Source of the DNA: Rhizophagus irregularis
Taxonomy: Eukaryota
DNA length: 64,000 nucleotides
Direction of reading: 5' to 3'
NCBI RefSeq assembly: GCF_026210795.1
Contig: NC_089432.1
Span: 1,798,001 to 1,862,000 of the forward strand
In this document: piece after piece, positions 24,878 through 38,400 of the stretch
How the letters are laid out: every line of letters begins with the position of its first letter
How positions within the stretch are numbered: the first letter of the stretch is position 1
Notes under the pieces: generated by a model
Databases searched by the model: none
What the model was told of the DNA's origin: nothing
The model's input: only the letters and a program-made list of their open reading frames with translations
Position numbers and translations under genes: made by a program

Positions 24878-27800
24878 ATGGAAGGAAGTTCAAGTCAGGT
24901 AAATTATTATTTTAAACAATATTAAAATTTGATTAATTGCATATCATTAAAACTAACTTTATATAATAATAGAGTGGAAATTCTTCTACTAATACTGCTT
25001 CTGGTAGCTTAGAAAATAATGACCCTGTTTCATATAAAACGATTTTGCATGAAAATGTACTCAATAATCATATCCTTCTCAAATTAGAAGAGGATGGATT
25101 CACTACGTCAGATGATAAAGTAGAAGAACTTTTAAAAAATCTAACTAAACCAAGTTATTTGTATGCACTTAAATTACTTTTTGAAAATTTACAAAATGAA
25201 TTTTCATCTCAATCATTAATAAATTCGTTAGAAGCTCTAATTGATTCCACCTCTTTTAATTATTATTCAAAAGAAAGCATGGCTAGACTAGAGTTACATT
25301 TAAGGACTTGGGTGATAGTCTTAGAACGAATTTGTTTTTCACTAATAGTACTTAGTAAAGAACTTCGAGATAAAGTTTATAATTCTTTAGCAAAATTTGC
25401 AGAAATTCATCGTAAAACAACTCAGGTTATCGAAATAGGACTTGGTAATAATTTTAGACCAAATTTCAATCAATTCAATCAACAAAACAATAATCAAGAT
25501 GAACAAATTATTAAAAAACGTAATTATAATATTGATTTTTTATTAATCCATTTGCGAGATACTCTTCATAGTCTACGTGATGATGAAACTTGGTTTCAAG
25601 AAATTATACGAAGAACTAAAGATTTTCTTAAAGCTGCATTAAATATTACACCAGGAATTTTATCAATAGCAGGAGTTTCTCTTCCAAATGATAATTGTTC
25701 AATCTTATCATTGCTTACTCAAGTACGTCAGAGTTTAAGTTTTAAATACCCAGTAGCATCTTATTATGTAGATTGGAGAATTATGTTAATAATTCAACAT
25801 AATCTTTTCATTTGGTCTGAAAGTGAAAAGATTATAAGTAAAAAATTTGGAGAATTAGTATTAATGGAATATATTTGGAGCTTTTTGGAAAGAGAATGGG
25901 CTAATTCTGTGGACAAATCTATTTTAGATTCTCAAACAAAATTTGATGAAGTATCAAATAAAGTTGCTAAAGCTTTGAAAAATACTGGAGGTTTTTTAAA
26001 TGAACTTGCTGGAAATGAACCTATAGCACTACCACATAGTTTGTGGTTTGGAATATTAGATCTTGCACAAAATCTTATCCAAAGATCATCTCGAACAGCA
26101 ACATATGGTCTTTGTTATTATTTAGCAATTGAATCACTTAATAAAGCACCAAGCAATTTTATTCAATTTAAATCTATTGAATTATTATTAAATTTATATA
26201 ATATTGACAATAAAATGTTTTCAATGATTGAAATTGATTTTGATCAATACACGCAAAAATTAAATGAAAATAATTTGGAAGATTCTTTAGAAAAATTTCG
26301 AAATTTATTAACTTTTGTTAAAGGGAAATACCTTGAAGATTTAAAAACTCTAAGTAATAATACTGGAAAAGGAAAAGAGGGAAAAGGAAAAAACTTAAAT
26401 CAAAATTTATATTTAAAGAAAAAACAAATATCAAATTCTAACATTTTAGATGTTATAGCAGATGAAATTACTTGTCCAATTAGTAGTGAACCAACAGATC
26501 AATTATGTATTTTAAAATGTCAACATATGTTGGCATTAAGCAATTTAAAAAAATTGAAGCAAAAAATATGTCCTAATTGTCGAGAAAAAATTGAAGATAA
26601 TGATATTAGATATTTACCACAAAATTCAATTTATAAAAATTTATATACAAAATTTTTTGAATCCGGACATATTTTACCTTCAATTGAATTAGAAAATTCT
26701 GATCAATTATATGACAGTGATGAATCAGATAATTCGGAAGTTGAACTCATTTTAACTAAAAAAAAGAAATTTATGAATTCAATCATTAAATTAAATTCAA
26801 AAATATCATCCCCAATACTTTCAAGAATTACAAAAAAACAACATCCAACATACCAAAATATTATAAAAGAAATAAATGAAAAAAATTATGAAAAAGCTGA
26901 ATCCTTATGCAAAGAATTTATGAAATTTTTTCCTAAAAGTTATTCTTTAAGATGTATTTTAGCGTATATTTATAGATGTCTTAACAATTACGAACAAGCA
27001 CACTTATTTTTAAAAGAAGCTATTAATTTAAGTCCAAAAAGACCAGTTGCTTATTTTATTCGTGGAGAAATATTTTTTAGACAAAATAAATATGATAAAG
27101 CAATAGTTAATTTAAATAAGTCAATAAATTATAAATCAAAAATAAATAACTCATATATATTACTCGGAAATAGTTACTTATTACGTAATAAATCACATGA
27201 TCATGAATCTATAAAAAATTATAATATTGCATTAAAAAATGATCCAAATAATTATTTATGTCTTAAAAATTGTGTATACGCTTATGAAATAGAAGGAGAT
27301 TATTTAAGTACATTAAATTTGTTAGATAAATTATTAAATATCAATAAGGAGGATTCTTTGGTTTTATGTTATTATGGAGAAATTTTATATAATATGACAC
27401 AATATAGAAAAGCTATATCATACTTTACAAAAGCTTATACTATAGATCCAGAGAACATTCATAACTTGAATAGGAGAGCTATTACATACTATATTATTAA
27501 GGAATATGATAAAGTATTATCAGATCTTGATAAAATTATACAATTAGATCCATTAAATAGTTCAGCATATTGTCTTAAAAGTTTAACGTATTGTACAAAG
27601 AATGATAATAAAAATGCTAAAGTATCATTTAAAAAGTATGCAGAATTATTGAATTCTGATAATAATTTAGCAAAGATTCAGTTATTTCATCTAGAATACT
27701 TACTAAATAAAAATAGTTCTGAAGATTTAAACAATATATTGACAAAAATCGATCGAATTTATAATTATAGTATTTATGAAGATAAATTTCTACAGCTTAT

Positions 27801-28855
27801 TAGATGCAAAATTTATATTGAATTAAAAGAGTATAGTTTAGCAAAAATAGTTTTAGATTTTGTTGAATTTGCATTTATTGGTTATTTTATACAAGATCAT
27901 CCAGATTTTCGGTCATATTTATATGAAGATTGTGAAATTAACAAAAATGATTTTACCAAATTTGGAATTGTCGATGAATTTAGTAAATATATGTATAAAG
28001 GTAAGAAAATATTCAAATTATTTAATTATTTATTATCTTCTAGTTAAGTTAATGATAATTAATACCTTAAACTCATTAGAACAACAAGTATATTTTGTTT
28101 CAAATCTTACAAATTTGAATAGCGAACTTTGTCAATTTCAAGAAAGTGATATAAGCAGGTAAAGTCTACTCATAATAATACTAAGTCAAATTGTCTTAAA
28201 TACAAATTAATCATAACTTTAAATTAAAGTTTATCAGGGCTGGTATTGTCTTCTAAAAATGAAAATCTTCATTTGGTTTTGCCTAAACTAAACATTGTTT
28301 ATGATTATGATTATGATTATTTCATTTGTAAAATGAATGTTAAAAAAATATTATCTGAGGATTGCTTTATAAAATTTATACACAATAGCGTAAGTTAATT
28401 AATTAAAATCTCTATTATTTTATTTAATTTTAAATTAATATTAACTTAATTATAGAATTATCGAGAAGATTTGTTAAAACATGAAGATGTATCAAAACTT
28501 GAGGGGTTAGGTTGGATAGAATATCAGACTTCAATATTTGGCCTACATTATCAACTTTCAATTGAAATAAATTCTATTGAAATGGTATGTTCCTATTACT
28601 ACTTATTCAGATTAATTTCCTTTCAGAACAAAATATAATAATATTTTTTTATTCACATAGCAAATAGAATATATTCGATTAGGATTAAATCTAAACACAA
28701 TAACTTATATTCCCGACATGAGTTTTATGAGTTATTTGTTTCCAGTTTATCGTAAATTTTTCTCAAATGTTCCAGAAACTTTCAAAGACAAGTATTTTTC
28801 AAGAAAAGAAATGGAAAATTTACTTGATTTAAAAGATATCCTTAACAGTTTATAA
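24878..28855 (+). CDS. Large helical N-domain + degenerate RING/U-box-like motif + TPR-repeat protein (putative E3 ligase)
   Basis: Exon 1 MEGSSSQ (24878-24898), exon 2 24973-28000, four more exons, stop at 28855. Contains CPISSEPTDQLCILKCQHML..ICPNCR and TPR motifs such as AYFIRGEIFFRQNKYDKAIVNLNKSI. Confidence 0.8.
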
Positions 28856-30359
28856 TTATTTATTTTTCTTAATATTACCATTTTCGTTTTATTCAATATA
28901 CTTTGAGAATCTTTTTAAAATTGAACCATTTTATCTATAAAAGAAATCTTTCGTTTCAGGAATTTTTTATTGAAAAAAATTAAAATTGATACATGCGCTT
29001 CGACTCGGTTCATGTAAAATGTACGGTTTGGAAATTTACTATCTACTCTTGAAATATACAAAAAAATTTATATGCTTCATACAGTAAAATATTAGTAATT
29101 CCACTTTATAGCAAGTGATAAACGTTAATTCAAATTTTTAACTAGAATATAACTAAATCTAACAGCCAATATTTTATTATTTACGACAAACATCGTTAAA
29201 ACAAATGTATTGTATATTACTTTATTTGATATAATAAATTTTATTTAACAAATTATGAAATGTATATTTTAACCTTTACTAGAAAAAAATAAATAAATGA
29301 TTTTTTTTTCTTTTAGAAATTTAGATCTGCTATAATTAAATGCTTCAACATTTAAATTCCATTAAATGTTTCAATTTTCAATAATATCAATAATTTCACA
29401 TTAAATCTAAAATTTTGGAGTTCCTTTAATATCGAAAAATTCATTACGTAAGTAATATATCATATTTTGGTGTAATACTATAATTTGAATCTTCGTTTTT
29501 TTTCTTCAAAAGATTCTGAAAAATTCTTTTAAAACGTTTCCACTACGAAAATCGCGATGTACATATCCATGATTAGTATGTATAAATAACTGCCACTTCT
29601 AATAATGTGGAAATTGTCTAACCAATCAGTTTCTAATCAAGCTGAAAATAATAGAAGGGGAGAAGACGAGAGAGAGAGAAAAAAATGAGAGAAAAAAAGC
29701 GTACAAAATCAGTTTCATTAATTCTTTGAATTTCTTAATTCTTTTATTACTAAATAAAAATAAATTAATATATTAAAAATTAAATGTTTTAAATTGATTA
29801 TAGTAGGCTTTATTATAAAGGAAACAAAATAAAAATAAAAATAAATCAATCGCCTTGGCGACATAGAATCACTCTATAATTTAATTCTTTATTTAGAAGA
29901 AAGAGATCCTCTTATTCTTATTTTTTTCTTACTAAACTTTTATGTAAACCTTCAATTTTAATAATACTGTATATACCAAGAAATCTCTAAATTTATTACC
30001 AAGAGCTTTATAAATTAAAATCATCATGTTTTTCTACTTCACTTATCTTGAAATTATGGCTTAAAAGGAGCTATTAATCGGTGTCATAATTTTTTTATTC
30101 AATATGTATAAATATAATAAAGAAAAATTTTTACTTTGAACCATCACAATGATTGATTTGGCATATTTAATCTACATAGGCATAAAAATATAAATAAATA
30201 AATAAAACCGAGACATGTCCTGTCAGTTTTAAAAAAGCGGTAATATAAGAAATATTTTAATAGTATTAAAGTGCTACTATTGCATTTAAGCATGAAATTA
30301 TTGATTGCTTAATAATATTTATTAAAAGAATTTGTTTTATCATCTACTAAATTATATAT

Positions 30360-30502
30360 GGTTACGGTACATTTCGCCGAAAGCCATTTCGCCGAAAGGA
30401 CGGTTCGCCGAAAAATAGGGCCAACATTATGCAGAATTATAAATAACTCAGGCCAGAGATTATTTTTCGGCGAAATGGCTTTCGGCGAAATGTCCTGATA
30501 CC
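30360..30502. mobile_element. Small MITE, possibly MULE-type
   Basis: TIR core acatttcgccgaaagccatttcgccgaaa on both ends with G...C termini. The 9-mer attatatat flanks both sides (30351-30359, 30503-30511) but is low complexity. Confidence 0.75.
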
Positions 30503-31354
30503 ATTATATATATATTAGGATCCAAATTATCAATTTCTGCCATTATGCCATTACGTTTGCAATTGGTAATAGAAAATTTAACACAAGACAGATTTTTAAT
30601 GAAGCATAAAGGTTTGTATTACCATAAAATTTTGAATTATAAAAAATGATTGCATTGCATTACTGTATTTTACTGGATGGTTGCTTCTTTCTTTTTATAA
30701 TATTTGATTGGAGGTTAATATTATCTTATATTTTAGGATCATTTTCAGTTATATTGCTTCGCATCGGGACCAATGAGTTTGTTTAAATTGAAACATTTAG
30801 TATCATGATGTAATACTAAGTAATTTAAAGATGGTTACAGTAGTTTTTTGTTTATAATTAGGAATTTGATATGGTAATAATTAGTTAACAGAAAATAATA
30901 AAATAATATGTATTAAATTATATTTATAATATTAGAATCATAGAATGATATAAATTATATTTACAATAATGTAGCTATTTATATTAATGATTTGATGTTT
31001 AAGTGTAGAATGAAATTCGGATTAATTAAGGAATTATAAAAAAATAATTATCAATAAAAATTGATTAATTTTTTCAGAAGTATTTTCGAAAAAACTTTAA
31101 TAAAATATTACAAATATTTTTATTAGTTAATTATAAATTTTAATAATTATTTCTTATTATTTTATATTACGTCAATCTTAAACTTATAACCAACTTAGGA
31201 AAAATATTTGAACATTTAAATGTATTAGAATTCTGTTCATTTCATTTATTATTATTCTTTTGATACTCATTTTACTCGATAAATTATTAATTTAACTAAA
31301 CTATTTGAATTAAAATCTTTATTCAAAAATCTGGTGATTATTTAGAGAATTTCG

Positions 31355-32714
31355 GATATCAGTTAGTGGTCATTTCATTTCTCTTATAATTACTAATAAA
31401 TAGTAATTTTTTGTATTTATATTAACATAAATTTTCTTAAGTTATATATTATAAAAACTTTATATATTTTTGTTCTTTAGGAACTATTTTACTTATTTAA
31501 ATACCTTTTTTTAAAATATAATACTTTTATAAAAAATTTATGTTGAGCTAACTTTTATAGTTTCAACCTCCAGATGCAACTTATTGGTAAAAGGTAAGTA
31601 TTACTTTTAAATATATAAATATATGTATTTTCCTATGAGGAATCAGTTTACTTAATAAATAAAAAGCAAGTTTCTTAATAAAATTTATGGTAAATCTAAA
31701 TTTACAATTTTAGCAAAAATTAGCCAATATTAAACTTATAAAATGTATATAAGTAATTGCTAATTTTTTTTGTATAAATACAATTTTAATTGCAAATTAC
31801 ATGTTATAATAAAATAATATTTTAAATATCTACAATATTTAACAAATTTTATAATTTGACTAATTTTTAAAAGTTGTTAATAGTAAAAGTATTTCAATAA
31901 CTATTCAATTTTAATATAATTTAATATATAATTACTTTTAAAGGATATAAAATAGCCTGTAAAATTTTAGTATATATTATTATGTAAAATATTTCAAAAT
32001 ATCAATTAGTATTTTACATATCAACTAAATGATCTGCATTTTGTGTAACAGTATATTTATTCAATAATTCTATAAATAACATATTCTCAAATTTTACATA
32101 CTGTTTTATAATCAATTAAAATGATTATACTTTAAATTTTATTAAAATTAAATAATTATTGAAATATTTTTACTATAAATAACTTTTAAAAATTAGTCAA
32201 ATTATAAAATTTGTTAAATATCGTAAATATTTAAAATATTATTTTATTAAAACATGTAATTTGCAATTAAAATTGTATTTATACAAAAAAATTAGCAAAT
32301 ATTTATATAAATTTTATAAGTTTAATATTGGCTAATTTTTACTAAAATTGTAAATTTAAATTTACCATAAATTTTATTAAGAAAATTACTTTTTATTTAT
32401 TAAGTAAACTGATTCCTCATAAAAATTTACATATACTGTATTTATATATTTAAAGGTAATATTTACCTTTTACCAATAAGTTGCATCTGGAGGTTGAAAC
32501 TATAAAAGTTAGCTTAATATAAATTTTTTATATAGGTATTGTATTAAAAAAAAAGTGTTTAAATAAGTAAAAAAGTTCCTAAAGAATAAAAATATATAAA
32601 GTTTTTATAATATATAACTTAAGAAAATTTATATTAATATAAATATAAAAATTACTATTTATTAGTAATTATAAGACACCCCTAAAAAACATGATATGAC
32701 CGCTGACTGATATG
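31355..32714. repeat. ~1.35-kb foldback palindrome
   Basis: Arms of about 650 bp are reverse-complementary almost to the centre (~32030); e.g. cctccagatgcaacttattggtaaaaggta (~31568) versus taccttttaccaataagttgcatctggagg (~32464). Confidence 0.9.
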
Positions 32715-33504
32715 GATTTTGTTATAATAATTTATTATTAAATCAACAATTTCTTCAATTAATTAATTATAAAATATTGTAAAAACATTAATTTTTTTTT
32801 GATTTTTATGAATTTGAAAATCAAACTATTTATTCAGCGTTTAATTTAATTAGTCATCTTTCTATCAACGTCGGTCAATTAATTTTCCTACTTGTTATAT
32901 TGATTTTTTTTTAAAAAAATAATAATTTTGTAAATATATTTAATATAATATTTTATTTCTTTATTTAATAATAAAAAAAAATTGAAAGAAAAAAAATTAA
33001 AAAAAAAATTAGGGGGAAAGAAAAAGGATAAAAAAGAAATCGGGTTAAAAAAGGGAAATTTCCGAAAAAAAGGAATCCAAAAAAAATAAGTATCCGAATT
33101 CCAAAAAAAATTCTGACAATAATTCGGTTTTTTTTTTATAAAAAAAAAATAACAATACGGTCTAAAAAAAAAGATCAAAAAAAAATAATATAAAAAAAAT
33201 AGGATTATTTGATAAAAAAAAAAAATTTTTTCAGTTTGGGAAAAAAATTAAACATAAACGGGAAAAGAATGAGAAACAAATTTTTCGGTTTGAAAAAAAA
33301 AAAATCGGACCAATTAGAGTAAATTTTCATTAACCGAAATTGGATTAGTTGATTGGAATCGATCGAATAGTTTTTGACCATAAATTGATCAGGCGGAGGC
33401 ATGTCACGGGTTTAATTATATAGCATGGGATTTCAAGTTACACAATTCAAATTATTCATACGGAGACGTCAGACAAAATTTTTTTAGTTATATAGATTCT
33501 AGTA

Positions 33505-35047
33505 CCCTATAAGAAATATGTATACGGAAAGGATACGTTTTGTATACATTTTATGTACGTTTCTATAGATTCCGTATACAAATTCCGTATATTTAATAAG
33601 CAATTCATTTTTGAATATTTTTTAAAAAAACTAATGTATACGGAAAAAATCAATCATACGGAATGTATACGGAATTTTTAAACTTAATATTTTTAGAAAA
33701 TAATTTTACAAAAATCTCGTATCATAACACGAGATCACGTGATTGTTTATTGTTTTGTTATGATACGTTTTTTGTTTTTTATATAAACCCTTACTTTGAT
33801 GAGTTTGATCTTCCGATCTTCCTTTCTGTCTTTCCTTTTCTTCTCTTTTCTCTCGTCTTATTTTTGTTATTTTTTCTAAATTTTTCTTCTTTTTTCGTCA
33901 CCCCCCTTTTAAAAAAAAATTTTTTTTTTCGTACCTCACTTTAAAAATTTTTCTTTTTCATCACTCCTTTAAAAAAAAATTTTTTTTCGTCACTCCCTTA
34001 AAAAAAAAAATTTTTTTTGATTTTATTCTTTTATTCCCACTCTTCTAAAAATTTTCTTCTTTCTATTTCTATTTCCTCTTTATAAAAAATTTTTTATTTT
34101 TCTAACTTTGACGTCCTCCTTTAAAAAAAAAATTTTTTTTAACTCTCCTAACTTCGTTACCCTCTTTTTAAAAAAATATTTTTTTTTGATTTATTCTTTA
34201 TTCCCCTTTCTTTTTTATTTATATTTATCCCTTTTTTTTATTTCATAGGCCAGCAGATTTTTTTTTGTGAGAAGATTCAGTTTTTTTGTTGATCAGTTTG
34301 GGAGTCCTTTCCTTTTTGTAGGATTGTTCAGGATTTTTTTCTTTTTTAGGTCAGTTCAAATTTTCTTTTTTTTTTTTTTGTAAGTTGGGTTCAGATTCTT
34401 TTCTTTTTGTAGGTTGTTTCAGTTTTGTTGCTTCAGATTCTTCTTTTTTTGTAGGTCAGTTTTGGATTTATTTTGTTATTTTGGTTTCTTTTTCATCAGA
34501 TGCTTCATAATTCTTTTCATTTATGTAGGTCAGACATTCTGGAGTTCTCTTTCTTTTTTTGTAGGAATTCTGACCTTTGGTGACTTGGACGATTGCAGAT
34601 ACTATATGAAGGGGGTTTTGTTTCCAATTAAGTTAGATGTTCTTTTTTGTTTTTTTTAGGTTGTTTGACTCCAAATGAACTTATAGATAATTTTGGTTGC
34701 AATAGGTGGCCTTAATAAAGAGGGAATTTTCATAATGTATTTGTATTTTGTTTATTTTTTATTTTTTATTTAATTTAATAAAGTAAAATTAGATTTATGT
34801 AAATATAATTATAGTAAACTGTAATACAAATAGTAAATTCAGTGACCAAATCGTATAAATTTCGTGATAAAATCAGTGATCAAATCATGTAAATTCCATA
34901 TGAATTCCGTGCAAATTCCGTATCCAAACCATATTTTTAGTGATACGGAATTGTGCATTTTTCCGTATCCTATTATGATACGTTATTTCTAAGGAAAAAA
35001 AATCGTATAAAAACTTTATAAAAAACGTATCCAATTTTTTTATAGGG
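33505..35047. mobile_element. Non-autonomous CACTA/CMC-type element
   Basis: Termini CCCTATA...TATAGGG; 3-bp TSD gta (33502-33504, 35048-35050); many tatacgga/tccgtat subterminal repeats; T-rich interior. Confidence 0.75.
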
Positions 35048-35778
35048 GTAAAAGGATAAAAGATATTAAAATTTTTTTTTGTCGAGCTAAAGAAGGATTT
35101 ATCATTTTATATGCATGTTGTACTCGGTAGTAAATATTTTATATAGTGAACTTTAGATGGTACCACAACCCTTAGTGGCTTTGCATCTATTTGTTTTATT
35201 TTAAAATATGCAGTATAATGTATCATAATTTAAATAAAAATGCATGTTACTAAAAAAAAAAGTAATAAAATTTTAAACTACTACTAAAAAACAAACGAGA
35301 TCGCACCAATTAACTATGTTACACGATCTACTTGTTTATTTATTTATTTTTTTTTTAAAAAAAAAAAAATAGTAACGCGTTTTACAATCTACTTGTTTAT
35401 CATATAAGACATTTTAATAAACAAACTAGTTTTTTAGGATAGCAAAAATCTTACGTTACACATATAATAATGTCATGTCATGTGATCTGATATTGTATTT
35501 TAATTGGTCTGTCATAATTATTCCTTCCTTTTTTGATAATTCCAGCCGGCATTACTTAATGTTGGCCCATCAATAATTTTAGCTTGATACATCCGTAATA
35601 TTTATTATCTGGACATTTAATTAAGGTTGTTCATAGAACAAAGAAAAATACGAGCTTATAATTATAATACATGTAGGTTTTAGTCGATCAGCAAATAGGG
35701 AATATGTCCTTACGCAATTCATTATCGTTATTTTCCCAATATTTATTATAGTGTTCCGACCCGGATTGTTAAAGGGTA

Positions 35779-36474
35779 AATCGTTTTCATATTATTCGGG
35801 ACAAGGTAAAATTTTGAACCCGACATCCGGTCCGGTATGCCGGATGTCGGATTGTCACGTGAATCATGATTTACTAATGATCAATGGTGAAATAAATAAA
35901 CAAAATAAACAAGTTCAATTATACAACCAATCATTATTTAATGCTATCATGACAAAATCAATGCTTTCATTGCATATTAGATGGCAAATAATTGAAAAAA
36001 TTTTAGAAGACTTGACAACTCGGCAAATTTCTAAACACCTCGCGCATGCAATATTTTAGAAAACATAGACGTAGAAAAGCTTCCTTTATTAGGTAGACCA
36101 CGAATTTCCAACTTTAATGACCTAAAATACCTTGAAGTTCTGCTTAAAGAAAGGGATGACTGGTATTTGTATGAACTTCAATCAGAAATGGAACTTTGGA
36201 TGTGAAGAAGTCTAAGTATTTCAACATCATGCCGAATTTACACTTGGATATACGCACAAGAAAGTATACTAAATTTTCAATGTAATTTTTATTCCAGAAA
36301 CATTTATTTTAATAATTAACATATAAACATAAATATGATATGAATCAATAACTCAGTTCATTCATATGATGATATGAGTTACTGTACGTTTACGTAACAA
36401 TCCGATATCCGACATACCGGACCGGATGTCGGGTTCAAAATTTACTTTGTCCCGAATAATATGAAAACAACTGT
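35779..36474 (+). mobile_element. Internally deleted Tc1/IS630-like transposon with decayed transposase N-terminus
   Basis: ~80-bp TIRs (gttttcatattattcgggaca..ccgacatccggtccggtat); right end ..ctg|ta. Coding remnants read LSLHIRWQII..TTRQISKHL, LLGRPR..DWYLYELQSEM and LGYTHKK. Confidence 0.8.
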
Positions 36475-37069
36475 AAGAAAATACAAATCCGGGTTGACAT
36501 CCATTAATGGATTTCCAATCCGGATGCTAATCGGGTTCAATCCGGTTTGACCTTAAGATAAAGGTTTGATAACGGATATTTTAACAGAATCATAATGTTT
36601 AAAAAAATATTTAAAATATTTTAATTTTAAGTTGAAACTTGTATTTCATAATCAACACTCTTTATTTATTTATTATTATATTATACCATAATATTCAATA
36701 TTCAAAACATGTATTATATTATTATTATATGCTATAACTAAACATTTAAAACATTTCAAGAATGAATACCTATTAGAAATTAATTGTCGCTAGTTAAACA
36801 CCTAAATTGACCTTGCATAAGTTTTGTCTTATTTCATTCATAGTATAAACTAAATAAAGCAAACTAGCAAAGTCACGTAACATAAACAAATTACAATAAA
36901 TTGCGTAAAGTATAAAAATCATGTCAATTTATATATAGACTTTTATATATTAATGATTTTGTGATCCGTTACATATAAATGAAAAAGGAAACGATACACT
37001 AGATTAACCGGATAAAATCGGTTGTTAATTTTTGTATCCGGATGGAATTTATTAATTAATTTTCAATTT

Positions 37070-38400
37070 CCATATAGAAAAATATTCATACCCTTTAATA
37101 CTTCCAATTTCATAGCGTAAAAAATATCAAACACCAGAGACTAAACCAAAAATAACTTTCCAATGCATAACAAATTTTCTTTGATGACAAAAAGTAGATT
37201 GAAAACTATACATTCCTTTACTTTCAGAATAAAATGATGTCCAATAATCTGCTAGTAAATTCATTGGCAACAAATTATAATAAGATAGGTTCTTCTTTGG
37301 ATAAACTCTAGGTCTCGTTCCTGTTGCATCAATAAAAAACTTGTTCTCATCGCCCTTAGTTCTGTCATAATTCCTTCGTATGTGCATTAACATATTATTT
37401 TGTTGTACGAACAAATATGTTTGCCAGTCAAATGTATCTCCATTAATTACTTCGAATCCATCAACTCTCTATTATAATAAATCATATTTTTAAATTAATA
37501 AAATTACTATAATTATTACACAAATTTAGATTCTAATTAAATAACGAATACCATATCTCGAAGTTTCTCTCTTGGAGGATGACCTGACAACGTTCCAATT
37601 TGACATTCTCATTCAGTACTGTTGATCCATAGAATATGATTTACAGATACCAAACCACCTAATTTATGAACATGATCTATTATTTCTTCTAACCTTTTTC
37701 TGGAGAAACGGTGACCGTTTCATTTATACCAATAAATTGCATATGGAGTCGACAGGAACTAGTCAAATAAAAAAAGGTTAATGTTATTAATAATTAGTTA
37801 AACGAATTTATTTTAATATAATTAAGATTAATTAAGAATTAAATTTTTTTTTTTTTATAACCTCATAAATAATTATGCCAAAACTGTAGACATCAGAAGC
37901 TTTGGTATAATTTTGTCCTCTTAAAATTTCAGAAGCCAAATAAGCTAAAACGCCATATACGTTATTTTCTGCATTTTCTAATTCATTAATTTGCTGGTTT
38001 ACACAACTCACCTTATATTCCATTGCCAGTATTACAGTGATCGAATCATTATATTTTTCACGTGCAATTCTTTGGGCTTCTAAAGCACCTTCAATATTAT
38101 CGTAATCACTTACAATTATAGCATTATATCCATTAGCTATTTATTAATTATCGACATAGAAAATATTTTAGTATTTTTTTTTAAAATTTAAGAAAGAAAT
38201 CCATTAAATAAAAATATATTTTTACCTATTGCTCATTTTAATAATTGCTCGGTTCATCGACCATCAGAAAATTTTGTATGTGAGTACCATCTAATAATAC
38301 ATTGAATTCACTAAAATCATTATCCAATTAAATTCAATATCAGAATAATCATTTGTAGCTTTATATTTAAAAATAGTCAAAAAAATGAAAAGAAATACAA
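37070..38400 (-). pseudogene. Decayed PHP-domain (polymerase/histidinol phosphatase-like) gene
   Basis: Fragments in order: FNVLLDG.SHT..SDG, ANGYNAIIVSDYDNIEGALEAQRIAREKY..VILAMEY, SCRLHMQFIGI, IDHVHKLGGLVSVNHI, VDGFEVINGDTFDWQTY. It has frameshifts and stops. Confidence 0.7.
37855..38005 (-). pseudogene. Isolated kinase subdomain VIII-IX fragment inside an intron of the PHP pseudogene
   Basis: Reads CKPAN..ELENAENNVYGVLAYLASEILRGQNYTKASDVYSFGIIIYEV. Confidence 0.75.

Noticed and set aside
32888..34659. Phe-rich short ORFs (also 23584-23925)
   Set aside because: Poly-T/poly-A low complexity within repeat interiors.
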